DNA of 32,000 nucleotides, taken from NCBI RefSeq assembly GCF_000175255.2, contig NC_017262.1, forward strand, positions 570,001 to 602,000, read 5' to 3'. A model generated the notes under the pieces. That model worked only from the letters and a program-made list of their open reading frames with translations, ran no database searches and was not told the origin of the DNA. Both the position numbers and the translations under genes were made by a program. This document shows positions 9,229 through 18,183 of this stretch, in pieces. Source of the stretch: Zymomonas mobilis subsp. mobilis ATCC 10988 (GTDB lineage Bacteria; Pseudomonadota; Alphaproteobacteria; Sphingomonadales; Sphingomonadaceae). How positions within the stretch are numbered: position 1 is the stretch's first letter; every line of letters starts with the position of its first letter.

Positions 9229-9818
9229 TATTCATCATCGGACACCGCCTCACCAGAATAATCATCACGACTGCAAGACCGCTTATAACCATTCTCTATA
9301 GTGCATAGGTGAAATTGGCCGTTTTCTTTCAAAACAGCCTTGCCGCTATATGCATTATCACAAGATATTTTTTCGCCATCTTCTATCTTGCATAGGTGAT
9401 AATCCCCTCTGTCTTTTACGACAGCTTGCCCCGTATACCATCCTTGGCAGTTTCCCCATCCATTAGACACGTTGCATTTTAAATAATCACCGCCATCCTT
9501 CACAACGGCTTTACCCGTGAACCAACCGCCGCAAGAAAATTTACTACCACCAGAAATACTGCACTCGCTGTAATAGCCCCGATCTCTCACGACGGCTTTA
9601 CCCGTGAACCAACCACCACAAGAAAATTTACTACCGCCAGAAATATTGCACTCGCTGTAATAGCCCCGATCTCTCACAACGGCTTTGCCCGTGAACCAGC
9701 CACCGCAAGAAAATTTACTACCACCAGAAATTTTACATTCACTGTAATAACCTCTGGCGAAACTCACTGAACTGCACAACAACAGCAAGCCTGCCAACCC
9801 TTTAAATCGAAAACGCAT
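9228..9818 (-). CDS. Secreted tandem-repeat protein of unknown function (two Cys per ~29-aa repeat)
   Basis: The track ORF runs 9228..9932. The better start is the internal ATG at 9818, giving signal peptide MRFRFKGLAGLLLLCSSVSFA followed by about six repeats of the type RGYYSECKISGGSKFSCGGWFTGKAVVRD. Confidence 0.65.
   Translation of the reverse strand: MRFRFKGLAGLLLLCSSVSFARGYYSECKISGGSKFSCGGWFTGKAVVRDRGYYSECNISGGSKFSCGGWFTGKAVVRDRGYYSECSISGGSKFSCGGWFTGKAVVKDGGDYLKCNVSNGWGNCQGWYTGQAVVKDRGDYHLCKIEDGEKISCDNAYSGKAVLKENGQFHLCTIENGYKRSCSRDDYSGEAVSDDE
9505..9765. repeat. Three tandem, nearly identical 87-bp units within the coding sequence
   Basis: The anchor ACGGCTTTRCCCGTGAACCA recurs at 9505, 9592 and 9679, exactly 87 bp apart. 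Units carry ..CCGCAAGAAAATTTACTACC.CCAGAAAT..T.CA.TC.CTGTAATA... Confidence 0.9.
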
Positions 9819-9970
9819 TATCCAATCCTTTGTCAGCGATTTAATCAATATCGGACATGCCCCGTCTTTTAACCTCGATACGATAGCAATCGCTAAATAC
9901 AAAAAAGGCAGGAAAAGCCGAGCCATCCCCACCCTTTTGGAACTAAACGAATTAAAAATTTATAAAATTA

Positions 9971-11197
9971 TCACAGCAAGACTTTGCCACCTTTAATAGT
10001 ATGGGTCACTTTCCCTCGCATCATTCGACCATCAAAAGGCGAATTGCCTGCTTTGGCAGCCATCTTGGCACTATCAAGCTGCCATTCCCGATCTATATCG
10101 AAAATAACAATATCAGCTTCGTCACCGACAGACAGACCGCCGCCTTCACAACCCAATAATTGCGCGGCATTAACCGATAACAATTCAACCAATCGGGACA
10201 AATCAATGACACCCTGATGCACCAATTCCAAAGAGGCCGATAACAATGTTTCGGCTCCGGCCATACCGGGCTTGGCATCAATAAAGGGAAGACGCTTATC
10301 CTCGGCATCGCGCGGGTCATGGGCGGAACAGAACATATCAATTACACCGTCGAGCAAGGCTTCAACCGAAGCCAAACGGTCATCTTCACCTCGTAAAGGC
10401 GGTGACAAACGCGCAAAAGTCCGAAAATCTTCGGTATGTCGATCCGATAACAATAGATAAGCCGGATTGATACCTACCGTTACCTTAACGCCTTTTTCTT
10501 TCGCCTGACGGATCAAATCAAAACTTTTTTTCGTGGTCAGTTGGGCAAAATGGATTTTACAATCGGTTTCTTCAGCCAACATCAAATCACGTGCGACAAC
10601 TATTGCTTCGGCAACCGCCGGAGCTGCCCTTAGACCAAGGCGGCTGGCCATCAACCCTTCGGTTGCAACACATCCCTTGGTCAAACCACCATCTTCGGCA
10701 TGACTGATAACCGTCAATCCCAAAGAAGCCGCATAATCAAGCAAGCGATACATCAAACCGGAATCGGCAATCCACTGCCGCCCTGTCGCGACCGCCTTAG
10801 CACCCGCCCTTTGCATCAGGCCGATTTCCGCCAATTCTTGCCCTTGAAGGCCGCGACTACCTGCCGCCAAAGGATAGACCTCAACCGCCTCACCACCGGA
10901 GGCCTTGGCGCGCTGAATCAAAGCGGCCTCATCCAAAGCAGGCGACTGATCGGGCATCAAAGCCACGCGACCAATCCCGCCCTTAATAAAGGCCGGAAGA
11001 TCAACAGAAAACACGGTTGGGTCAATAATCGCCGGAGCAATATAGCCGCCTTCGGCATCAATCACCTTATCGGCTTGGCTGGGGTCAATCTGGCCACGGG
11101 CGGCAATCCGCCCCTCTTTAAGCAGCAAGCCACCTTCGACTATCTTTTGGGAAGCAGGATCAATCAATCTGCCATTGATAATTGCGATGAAACTCAT
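9971..11197 (-). CDS. pyrC: Dihydroorotase-like protein, probably non-catalytic (PyrC'/PyrX type)
   Basis: Amidohydrolase-family overall pattern (IIDP..., [43 protein letters not shown]). The start is taken at the second Met (11197) because its ATGA overlaps the pyrB stop. The metal-ligand HxH motif is absent. Confidence 0.85.
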   Translation of the reverse strand: MSFIAIINGRLIDPASQKIVEGGLLLKEGRIAARGQIDPSQADKVIDAEGGYIAPAIIDPTVFSVDLPAFIKGGIGRVALMPDQSPALDEAALIQRAKASGGEAVEVYPLAAGSRGLQGQELAEIGLMQRAGAKAVATGRQWIADSGLMYRLLDYAASLGLTVISHAEDGGLTKGCVATEGLMASRLGLRAAPAVAEAIVVARDLMLAEETDCKIHFAQLTTKKSFDLIRQAKEKGVKVTVGINPAYLLLSDRHTEDFRTFARLSPPLRGEDDRLASVEALLDGVIDMFCSAHDPRDAEDKRLPFIDAKPGMAGAETLLSASLELVHQGVIDLSRLVELLSVNAAQLLGCEGGGLSVGDEADIVIFDIDREWQLDSAKMAAKAGNSPFDGRMMRGKVTHTIKGGKVLL

Positions 11198-12156
11198 GCC
11201 CAACCTTTCACACCGCGCCGTTGACGGGTCAGCACATCCAAACAGGCCATCCGCATGGCAACACCCATTTCGACCTGTTCCGTAATAGCCGAATATTTCA
11301 GATCATCCGCCACAGCGGAATCGATTTCAACACCGCGATTTAACGGCCCCGGATGCATAACCAGAACATCATCCGCCGCCAATTTCAGTTTTTCGACCGT
11401 CAAACCGAACAAAGCATGATATTCGCGCAAAGAAGGAATAAACCCGCCCGCCATTCTTTCCGTTTGTAAACGCAACATCATCACGACATCCGCGCCAGAA
11501 ATCGCCTTATCTAAATCATGAAAGACTTCAACGCCCAAGGCTTCGATATGGGGAGGGATCAATGTTGAAGGGCCCACAATGCGAACATGCGCCCCTAATT
11601 TCTGTAAAGCGATAATATCCGAACGGGCAACACGACTATGCATAATATCGCCACAAATAGCGACAACCAGTCCTTCAAACCGCCCCTTTCGGCGGCGAAT
11701 GGTCAAAGCATCTAACAAAGCCTGCGTCGGATGCTCGTGCTGACCGTCACCGGCATTCAAAACCGGACAGTCCACTTTATCGGCAATAAGCTGGACAGCA
11801 CCCGAAGCCTGATGGCGAATAACCAACATATCCGCATGCATGGCATCAAGGGTTACTGCTGTATCAATCAGCGTTTCACCCTTTTTAACACTAGACTGGG
11901 CAACAGCCATATTGACTACATCTGCCCCCAAACGCTTTCCGGCGATCTCGAAAGAGAGCAGCGTTCGGGTTGAATTTTCGAAAAAAGCGTTAATCTGGGT
12001 CAAACCGGCCAGACTGTCATCATGCTTGACAGCCGCCGCCCGATTAAGGGCAACCCAGCGTTCCGCCTCATCGAGCAGAAAAAGGATTTCATGAGCCGCA
12101 AGCGGCGCGATGCCAAGTAAATGGCGATGGGGAAAAGGTAAAGTAAAAGACATCAA
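11194..12156 (-). CDS. pyrB: Aspartate carbamoyltransferase catalytic subunit
   Basis: 320 aa with [43 protein letters not shown] and [17 protein letters not shown] overlap with the downstream pyrC-like gene. Confidence 0.97.
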   Translation of the reverse strand: MMSFTLPFPHRHLLGIAPLAAHEILFLLDEAERWVALNRAAAVKHDDSLAGLTQINAFFENSTRTLLSFEIAGKRLGADVVNMAVAQSSVKKGETLIDTAVTLDAMHADMLVIRHQASGAVQLIADKVDCPVLNAGDGQHEHPTQALLDALTIRRRKGRFEGLVVAICGDIMHSRVARSDIIALQKLGAHVRIVGPSTLIPPHIEALGVEVFHDLDKAISGADVVMMLRLQTERMAGGFIPSLREYHALFGLTVEKLKLAADDVLVMHPGPLNRGVEIDSAVADDLKYSAITEQVEMGVAMRMACLDVLTRQRRGVKGWA

Positions 12157-12285
12157 AATAGAGGCTTACCTTCTCTTTTCGCGACATTCAATATCAGAAA
12201 AGGCTCGAAAAGCAGAAAAAACAAAAACCGGCTTTTGCGCCATAAATTAAGAATAAAAGTCTTTTCTTAGTCACCAGACAAGTCT

Positions 12286-12597
12286 CTAGGTTTTGTTGAC
12301 AAAGGAAGGTAACCACAATTTTACGGCCGCGAGATGAAGGAAGGCGAGAAAAGATTTTCTGGTTTTGTCATAGCGTGTGGCAATGCGCCTGAACTGCTTT
12401 AGCTTATTAAACATCCGCTCAATACGATTACGATCTTTGTAGTGCTGGAGATTATAAGGAATAGGCTTTTTTCGATTGGAACGAGGCGGGATAACAGGAA
12501 GAATGCCTCGAAAAAGCAGTTTTTCGCGTAACCTATCGCTATCATATCCTTTATCAGCGAGAAAACAGTGGGGTGTTGTGACAGGGATATCTATCAA
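12286..12597 (-). CDS. IS5-family transposase, C-terminal frame (ORF B); the frame is open further upstream to about 12740
   Basis: LADKGYDSDRLR and NRIERMFNKLKQFRRIATRYDKT supply the second Asp and the Glu. Hand translation upstream in the same frame reads KEGFGRSRGGFTSKIHARSDGQGRPLAFALTGGEVSDYSGADSLIDI. Confidence 0.88.
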   Translation of the reverse strand: MIDIPVTTPHCFLADKGYDSDRLREKLLFRGILPVIPPRSNRKKPIPYNLQHYKDRNRIERMFNKLKQFRRIATRYDKTRKSFLAFLHLAAVKLWLPSFVNKT

Positions 12598-13137
12598 GCT
12601 ATCAGCGCCAGAATAATCAGAGACCTCACCACCGGTTAGTGCGAAAGCTAGAGGGCGGCCTTGACCATCGGAACGGGCGTGGATCTTGCTCGTAAAGCCT
12701 CCGCGACTGCGACCAAAGCCTTCCTTATACGTCCCCCTTTTGCGCCAGCCGCTTGGCTGTGGGCGCGAATAATCGTACTATCTATCATATGTTGCCAGTC
12801 ATCTGTCAGGCCAAGGTCAACGAGAGTTTCAAGAAGAGCGTCCCACACACCCTGTTCTGCCCACCTACGAAACCGAACATAGACCGAATTCCATTTCCCA
12901 TAACGTTCATGCATATCTCGCCACGGGCAGCCTGTTCGAAGCACATAAAGCATACCATTGAGAAATAACCGATTACTTTTGGCGGGACGCGCGCAGCGGC
13001 CTCGTTCGCTTGGAAGAAGACCCTGTATTATCTCCCACTCCGCGTCCGTCAGATCTCCTCGCATCCTATCTACCCTACAAAACTTGTTCTCAAGTTATCT
13101 CTAAAAATCTTAAATTATACCCTTTGTCAACAGAACC
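12289..13137 (-). mobile_element. IS5-family (IS427-group-like) insertion sequence, about 849 bp
   Basis: Terminal inverted repeats GGTTTTGTTGACAAAGG (12289-12305) and CCTTTGTCAACAGAACC (13121-13137), 16/17 matching. TA flanks on both sides, or CTAG on both sides if the ends are trimmed by 1 bp. Encloses a two-frame DDE transposase. Confidence 0.9.
12648..13064 (-). CDS. IS5-family transposase, N-terminal frame (ORF A)
   Basis: MRGDLTDAEWEIIQGLLP...GCPWRDMHERYGKWNSVYVRFRRW...DSTIIRAHSQAAGAKGG is the typical N-terminal half with the first catalytic Asp. Confidence 0.9.
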   Translation of the reverse strand: MRGDLTDAEWEIIQGLLPSERGRCARPAKSNRLFLNGMLYVLRTGCPWRDMHERYGKWNSVYVRFRRWAEQGVWDALLETLVDLGLTDDWQHMIDSTIIRAHSQAAGAKGGRIRKALVAVAEALRARSTPVPMVKAAL

Positions 13138-13209
13138 TAGCTTTAATAGATTATCGATATTTTTTAATGAAAATATTAAAGCAAGAATTCAGGATAAAAT
13201 TACAAAATA

Positions 13210-13548
13210 CTAAGGGTTAATACTACCTGTAAAAGCAGGATACATAGTAGGAGAAAGATAATTATTTTGTGATGGGACAGATTGCTGCTCAAATCCAGCT
13301 TTAGATCTGGCAACAGAAGATAACCATCTCCTATAGTAAATTTGATATTCGCTATCATTCATTGCAGATCTATAATTGATATTTCGGCCCTTTTTATCTG
13401 AGCATTCAATGACATCTTCTTTATATATTTTATATTTTTTACAGAGTTTATCTCCACTCCAATAATATTTCCCATTAATTTTATTTGGCAAATTGGAGCT
13501 CGCACAGGCGCTTAGAGAAAATAATAAAATAGCTAATGTCTTTTTCAT
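13210..13548 (-). CDS. Small putative lipoprotein of unknown function
   Basis: 112 aa with lipobox-like N-terminus MKKTLAILLFSLSAC. Compositionally AT-rich. No recognised family. Confidence 0.55.
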   Translation of the reverse strand: MKKTLAILLFSLSACASSNLPNKINGKYYWSGDKLCKKYKIYKEDVIECSDKKGRNINYRSAMNDSEYQIYYRRWLSSVARSKAGFEQQSVPSQNNYLSPTMYPAFTGSINP

Positions 13549-13813
13549 AATATTCTATTAAATATTATATTCAAATAATTTGCAATTATTTTCATTCTAA
13601 ATTGATAGAATTACATTCCGTTTATTAACATGCTTTAAGTATACGACTATGTCTAAAATTATAATATTTCACGAATGTGATATTAATTTTAAAAGATAGA
13701 GATAAATCCTAGTCCATCTGTCATTGCCCGCAACCACAGGCATAACAAGATATTCTGACCGGAAGCATGGGTAAAAAATATACCCATGGCTCCGGCCAAA
13801 AATATTTTCAATT

Positions 13814-16339
13814 TTAGAAACCGGTACTGAGTGTCATCATAGCCGAGAAAGGCGATGCAATACCGTAAGTCGGGGCTGACCCTTTGACCATTTGCCCATT
13901 CAAAGCTTTGACGTACTGAGCATTGGTCGTCACACCCGAAGCATAGTTGAGATAATGCTTGTTGGTAATGTTGGCGAGGTTGAAACGAATAGTCGGGCTC
14001 TTCAAACCGCCCCAACTGTTGAAGCGATATCCACCACCGATATTCATACGAACATAGGAAGGCACCTGTTCGTCATTCATAAAGGTCGAATATTGCGACC
14101 CTACATATTTCAAGCTGAAGTTACCGAAGATATGACCGTTGTCATAATCGAGGCCAAAACCAACCTGATAGCGCGGCGTTTGTGGTGCAAATTTGCCTTT
14201 TGTTGGCAAAAGAGCAGAAACACCGGATCCAGACGCCATCAAATTACTTTTCGTGCGGGCATCAATATATTCCGCAGAAACATAAGGCCGAATATTATAG
14301 ATAGGACGGGTACCGATTTCAAAATCGACACCATTCGTCGTCTGGTTACCGCCGTTGATACTGGTTGAATAGTAAGAAGTCGGATTCTCTGGATCAATGA
14401 TCGTTTGAGAAAACAGACGGTTATGAAAGTCGTAATGGAAATAGGTCAAAGAGGTATTGATTACCTTACCTTGATAGCGCCATCCGAATTCTTCTGAAAT
14501 CGTCGTTTCCGGTTTCAACCCCGTCGCGGCATGGTTGCTATAGCCACTACCGGCATAATAGGTGCCGGAGTCATAAAGAGAGCTATTCATCGGAACACGG
14601 TAATTGGTCGAGACCGAGAAGAATAACTGATGCTCGTCATTGATTTTATAGCGAATAGAACCGGTCGGTAAGACGGCGCGATAAGTTTGGTTAATAACTT
14701 CACCCGTAGAGGTGTCGGGAAGATAATTCCGTCCCATTCTTTTAATGATGGAGTATTTTACACCCGCATCAATAGTCAATTTATTATTCAGGAGCGAGAT
14801 ACTGTCACCAATGAAAGGCGTATGAATGACCGTGCGGGTTCTTGTATCCCGATATTCAGCCTTTTCGCCATTCGCCAAAATCACATTTGAACCACCACCC
14901 CATTTATCATAGGGATTTCCGTTTTCATCAATCAATGAATAAGGCGCGGTTTGGCGCTGGTTTGAATATTCAAACCAATAACCCACCATCAAACGGTTGA
15001 TACCTTTTGTCCATGTCCATTTGGTGACCGCACCCGGACGATAGGTCTTGGTGATAGACGGTTCATAGAGCAAAGTCTGCCCGTAATTTTTTCCATCAAC
15101 CGTGCCGCTCATGGTTTGGGAACCATAGGACATCTTATTCATATCAGTCCAATAGGCACCACCGCCATTACCGTTACCATACCAGAAATAAGGCGTTTCA
15201 GTCAGCACCATATTATGTCCAAGATTAAGACGCGTAGGGGCGCTAATATAAATATTGGTAAACGGATTGGGATGTAACCTGTAATAGGTCGCGTTGGCTT
15301 TGGTATTTCCAGTATAATCCGAACTATAAACGGTATTAGCTGTCCCCGAAACAGGACCACCCATCACGCCAATGCCATATTTATCCCAAGAAGCCATATT
15401 AACACTGGGGGTATTATAGTTATTGAGGTTATTTCCGACGACAACCAGCGATGCTCGGTTATCTTTACCCCATTCCTTGACGACTTTCATTTCACCGTGA
15501 AGTTTTCTTTCAGTGCCGGGGCCACGCCATAAATTTTCATGCGTATCCGAGAAAGAGAAATAAGCACGGGTACCGGAATTGCCGATTTCACCGGTATCAA
15601 AACGGGCAAATCCACGGAAAGTCTTATAGGAACCATACGTAAAATTGGCTCGTCCGCCCATTTTTTTAGCCGGATCGATCATATACATATTAACGACACC
15701 GCCCGCGGCACTAATCGTCGGGCTATCGAGATCGGCAGAACCTTGAGCCACCTGAATGGTTGACAAGTTTTCTGAATCAACAATTTCCTGCGGATAAACA
15801 GCGTAGTTACCGATATCGTTTAACGGAAAGCCTTCCAATGTATAGCCCATTGAGGCTTCGTTCATACCACGAACCGAGGTATGCCCTCCCGTCAAACCCA
15901 TTGGGTCAGAATCTGAAGAGTTGACACCCGGCAAAAGGGCAATCAACTGCATCGGGTTCAAACCAGGTGTCTGCTTCTCAATATAATCGCGGGTAATACT
16001 AGATTTCGATTTAGGGGCATCTTCCTTAATCATCAGACCGCCGCCGATAGCGCGTCTATTGACACCATCAATATAAGAATGACGCCCCGTAACAACGATA
16101 CTTTTTTCATCTGTTGGGGCAGTCTGACCAATCATACTGGGACGGTCATTTTTATTTTCTTGAATATCGCTTTTATCTATCTTTTTTTCGCTATATTGTT
16201 CTTTTTCTAAAGCATTATTTGCCAATGCCGCAGAATACCACAATGAAGGACATAGTGAAGAACATAGAAAAAATATTTTTAACTTGTGTTTTTTAATAGA
16301 AAAATGTCTTTTGCTTTTTACGGAAGTGGTTTTCATCAT
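13814..16339 (-). CDS. TonB-dependent receptor
   Basis: 841 aa with plug motifs IALLPGVNSSDSDPMGLTGGHTSVRGMNEASMGYTLEGFPLND, a series of beta-barrel segments, and C-terminal SAMMTLSTGF. Confidence 0.93.
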   Translation of the reverse strand: MMKTTSVKSKRHFSIKKHKLKIFFLCSSLCPSLWYSAALANNALEKEQYSEKKIDKSDIQENKNDRPSMIGQTAPTDEKSIVVTGRHSYIDGVNRRAIGGGLMIKEDAPKSKSSITRDYIEKQTPGLNPMQLIALLPGVNSSDSDPMGLTGGHTSVRGMNEASMGYTLEGFPLNDIGNYAVYPQEIVDSENLSTIQVAQGSADLDSPTISAAGGVVNMYMIDPAKKMGGRANFTYGSYKTFRGFARFDTGEIGNSGTRAYFSFSDTHENLWRGPGTERKLHGEMKVVKEWGKDNRASLVVVGNNLNNYNTPSVNMASWDKYGIGVMGGPVSGTANTVYSSDYTGNTKANATYYRLHPNPFTNIYISAPTRLNLGHNMVLTETPYFWYGNGNGGGAYWTDMNKMSYGSQTMSGTVDGKNYGQTLLYEPSITKTYRPGAVTKWTWTKGINRLMVGYWFEYSNQRQTAPYSLIDENGNPYDKWGGGSNVILANGEKAEYRDTRTRTVIHTPFIGDSISLLNNKLTIDAGVKYSIIKRMGRNYLPDTSTGEVINQTYRAVLPTGSIRYKINDEHQLFFSVSTNYRVPMNSSLYDSGTYYAGSGYSNHAATGLKPETTISEEFGWRYQGKVINTSLTYFHYDFHNRLFSQTIIDPENPTSYYSTSINGGNQTTNGVDFEIGTRPIYNIRPYVSAEYIDARTKSNLMASGSGVSALLPTKGKFAPQTPRYQVGFGLDYDNGHIFGNFSLKYVGSQYSTFMNDEQVPSYVRMNIGGGYRFNSWGGLKSPTIRFNLANITNKHYLNYASGVTTNAQYVKALNGQMVKGSAPTYGIASPFSAMMTLSTGF

Positions 16340-16600
16340 TTACCCCCCTACTTATAGAGGGTGTATAGATTTTAATTGTTACGCTATTATTGCAGTAATT
16401 TTTACGTTTAGTGACACAGCCATTAATGAGAACGGCAATTTATTAATACATCGCGACTCAAAACATTCACCATTTAATAAAATTAAACCTCAAATATAGA
16501 AATAAATTATTATTAATTATAATAAAAATATATAAGTAAAATTAATATTTTTCCTTTTCTAAAAAATAGAAAAATCATCCCATTTTATTCAAAAATACAG

Positions 16601-16632
16601 AAAAAAAGGCGCAAGATTTTACACTGCGCCTT
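16601..16632 (-). terminator. Rho-independent terminator of the cytochrome c / GMC operon
   Basis: On the minus strand AAGGCGCA...TGCGCCTT (arms 16625-16632 and 16606-16613, 11-nt loop) is followed by an uninterrupted T run. It lies just after the stop at 16657. Confidence 0.8.
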
Positions 16633-16656
16633 AGATAACCAATTTATATTTAATTT

Positions 16657-18174
16657 TTAGTGAGAAGGCCGTTTCTTAAACAGGCTTTTCAAACGGAAAA
16701 AACCGATAATCATCACCACAATAAAAACGAAACCAGCACCGGATAACAGCCAAGGCATCATTCTCATCAACAAAGCAGGCGTGCTTTTATTGGCTCTAAA
16801 ATCTGCGACTTGTTGGATAGAAACCGGTGGAATAGCCTTATTACCGAAACGGGAAATGACATAATTAGCAATAGCCGCAATCTGACTATCGTTTAATTCA
16901 TCAGCATAAGAAGGCATCCCTGCGATACCGTCGTTACTTTTACGTTCAATACCGTTAAGAATAGTCATAACCAGATTATCGGCAACAAGACCACCTGTCG
17001 CACTATTATGCGTCAGTGACGGATAAAAATGGTCAGCCGTCCCTTCCCCATTGCGACCGTGACAACTGGCGCAGGCATTTTCGTAAAGCAACTGCCCATC
17101 GACCGAACCGGCATCACTCATAGCCATCGCCGTGCGGCTGGTAACCGGTTCAACATCGACTAAATGGGCAGGCGTTTTATTTTCAAAACTGAAACGAGAT
17201 TGCTTTGCTCCCGTCAAATTCTGGGGAGCCACTGTTTTCAGATAAGCCGCCATCGCACGGAGATCGGCATCCGATAAAAAGCGCAAACTATATTCAATCG
17301 CTTCCGCCATACTACCGGCGGCCTGCGCCTTACCGTTAACATGCCCAGTTTTCAGATAGCGGGCAATTTCTTCCTCGCTCCAACTCCCGATACCTTCGGT
17401 TTCATCCGGTGTAATATTGGGCGCATACCAGCCACCAACAGAAGTTCCGGTCAAATAACGCCGCCGAGATTCTGCCATGAAGAAATTTCGCGGTGAATGA
17501 CAAGTGCTACAATGGGCTAGCGTATCGACCAGATAATGCCCGCGATTGATTTCATCGCTGACCTTGGGATTATTTTTGAAAGGCTTGTCATGCAGGAACA
17601 GTAAATTCCATCCCGACATCAACAGACGCAGATTAAATGGGAATGAAAGTTTTGTAACGGCTTGGGGTTTTTCATCTACCGGAGCCACGCCCTGCATAAA
17701 ATAGACATAAAGGGCATGAACATCCTGATCGCTCAATCCGGCATAAGCTGTGTAAGGCATAGCCGGATAAAGATAGGCACCATCTTTTCGGATACCTTTT
17801 CTCAAAGCGCGACTAAAATCCTGTTCGCTATAATTACCAATACCGGCCGTTTTTGAAGGGCTGATATTAGGCGAGATAATACTACCCATCGGGGACGCAA
17901 TTGCATAGCCACCAGCATAAGGCGGCGCATTGTTGGCATTACCCCGATGGCAGGCAATACAATCCCCCGCTTTAGCGAGATAAGCCCCCCGTTCCAGATC
18001 AGAAGAAAAGCCATTGGTCGCCGAAGAAGCGGCAACATTTTTCTGAACAACCACCGGCGGGCTAACAGGCATACTAGTCTGACTCTTTTCAGCCCATGCC
18101 ATAGCTGGAAGCGATACACAAAAAGCCAGTCCTGCCACGGATGCCAGACGATGGAAAAAAGGTCTCATCATCAT
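16657..18174 (-). CDS. Triheme cytochrome c subunit of a gluconate 2-dehydrogenase / alcohol-dehydrogenase-type membrane complex
   Basis: 505 aa with signal peptide, three CxxCH motifs (CIACH, CSTCH, CASCH) and a C-terminal TM anchor. Confidence 0.93.
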   Translation of the reverse strand: MMMRPFFHRLASVAGLAFCVSLPAMAWAEKSQTSMPVSPPVVVQKNVAASSATNGFSSDLERGAYLAKAGDCIACHRGNANNAPPYAGGYAIASPMGSIISPNISPSKTAGIGNYSEQDFSRALRKGIRKDGAYLYPAMPYTAYAGLSDQDVHALYVYFMQGVAPVDEKPQAVTKLSFPFNLRLLMSGWNLLFLHDKPFKNNPKVSDEINRGHYLVDTLAHCSTCHSPRNFFMAESRRRYLTGTSVGGWYAPNITPDETEGIGSWSEEEIARYLKTGHVNGKAQAAGSMAEAIEYSLRFLSDADLRAMAAYLKTVAPQNLTGAKQSRFSFENKTPAHLVDVEPVTSRTAMAMSDAGSVDGQLLYENACASCHGRNGEGTADHFYPSLTHNSATGGLVADNLVMTILNGIERKSNDGIAGMPSYADELNDSQIAAIANYVISRFGNKAIPPVSIQQVADFRANKSTPALLMRMMPWLLSGAGFVFIVVMIIGFFRLKSLFKKRPSH

Positions 18175-18183
18175 ATGCCTTTC

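Noticed and set aside
9505-9765. Possible CRISPR array, because of regularly spaced near-identical units
   Set aside because: The 87-bp units are contiguous and in frame, encode a conserved 29-aa peptide, and have no unique spacers. This is a protein-coding tandem repeat.
10700-11224. 174-aa plus-strand ORF opposite the dihydroorotase-like gene
   Set aside because: Fully antisense to a well-supported coding gene, with no family resemblance. It looks like a shadow ORF.
12661-12968. Small plus-strand ORFs inside the IS element (12661..12882, 12753..12968)
   Set aside because: Antisense to the transposase frames, which are supported by family motifs and terminal repeats.
13689-14015. 108-aa minus-strand ORF overlapping the 3' end of the second TonB receptor
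   Set aside because: Lies out of frame over the receptor's barrel-encoding region. The in-frame receptor ending in a typical aromatic residue explains the sequence better.
13892-14368. 158-aa plus-strand ORF opposite the second TonB-dependent receptor
   Set aside because: Antisense to a strong coding frame, with no signal, domain or RBS support.
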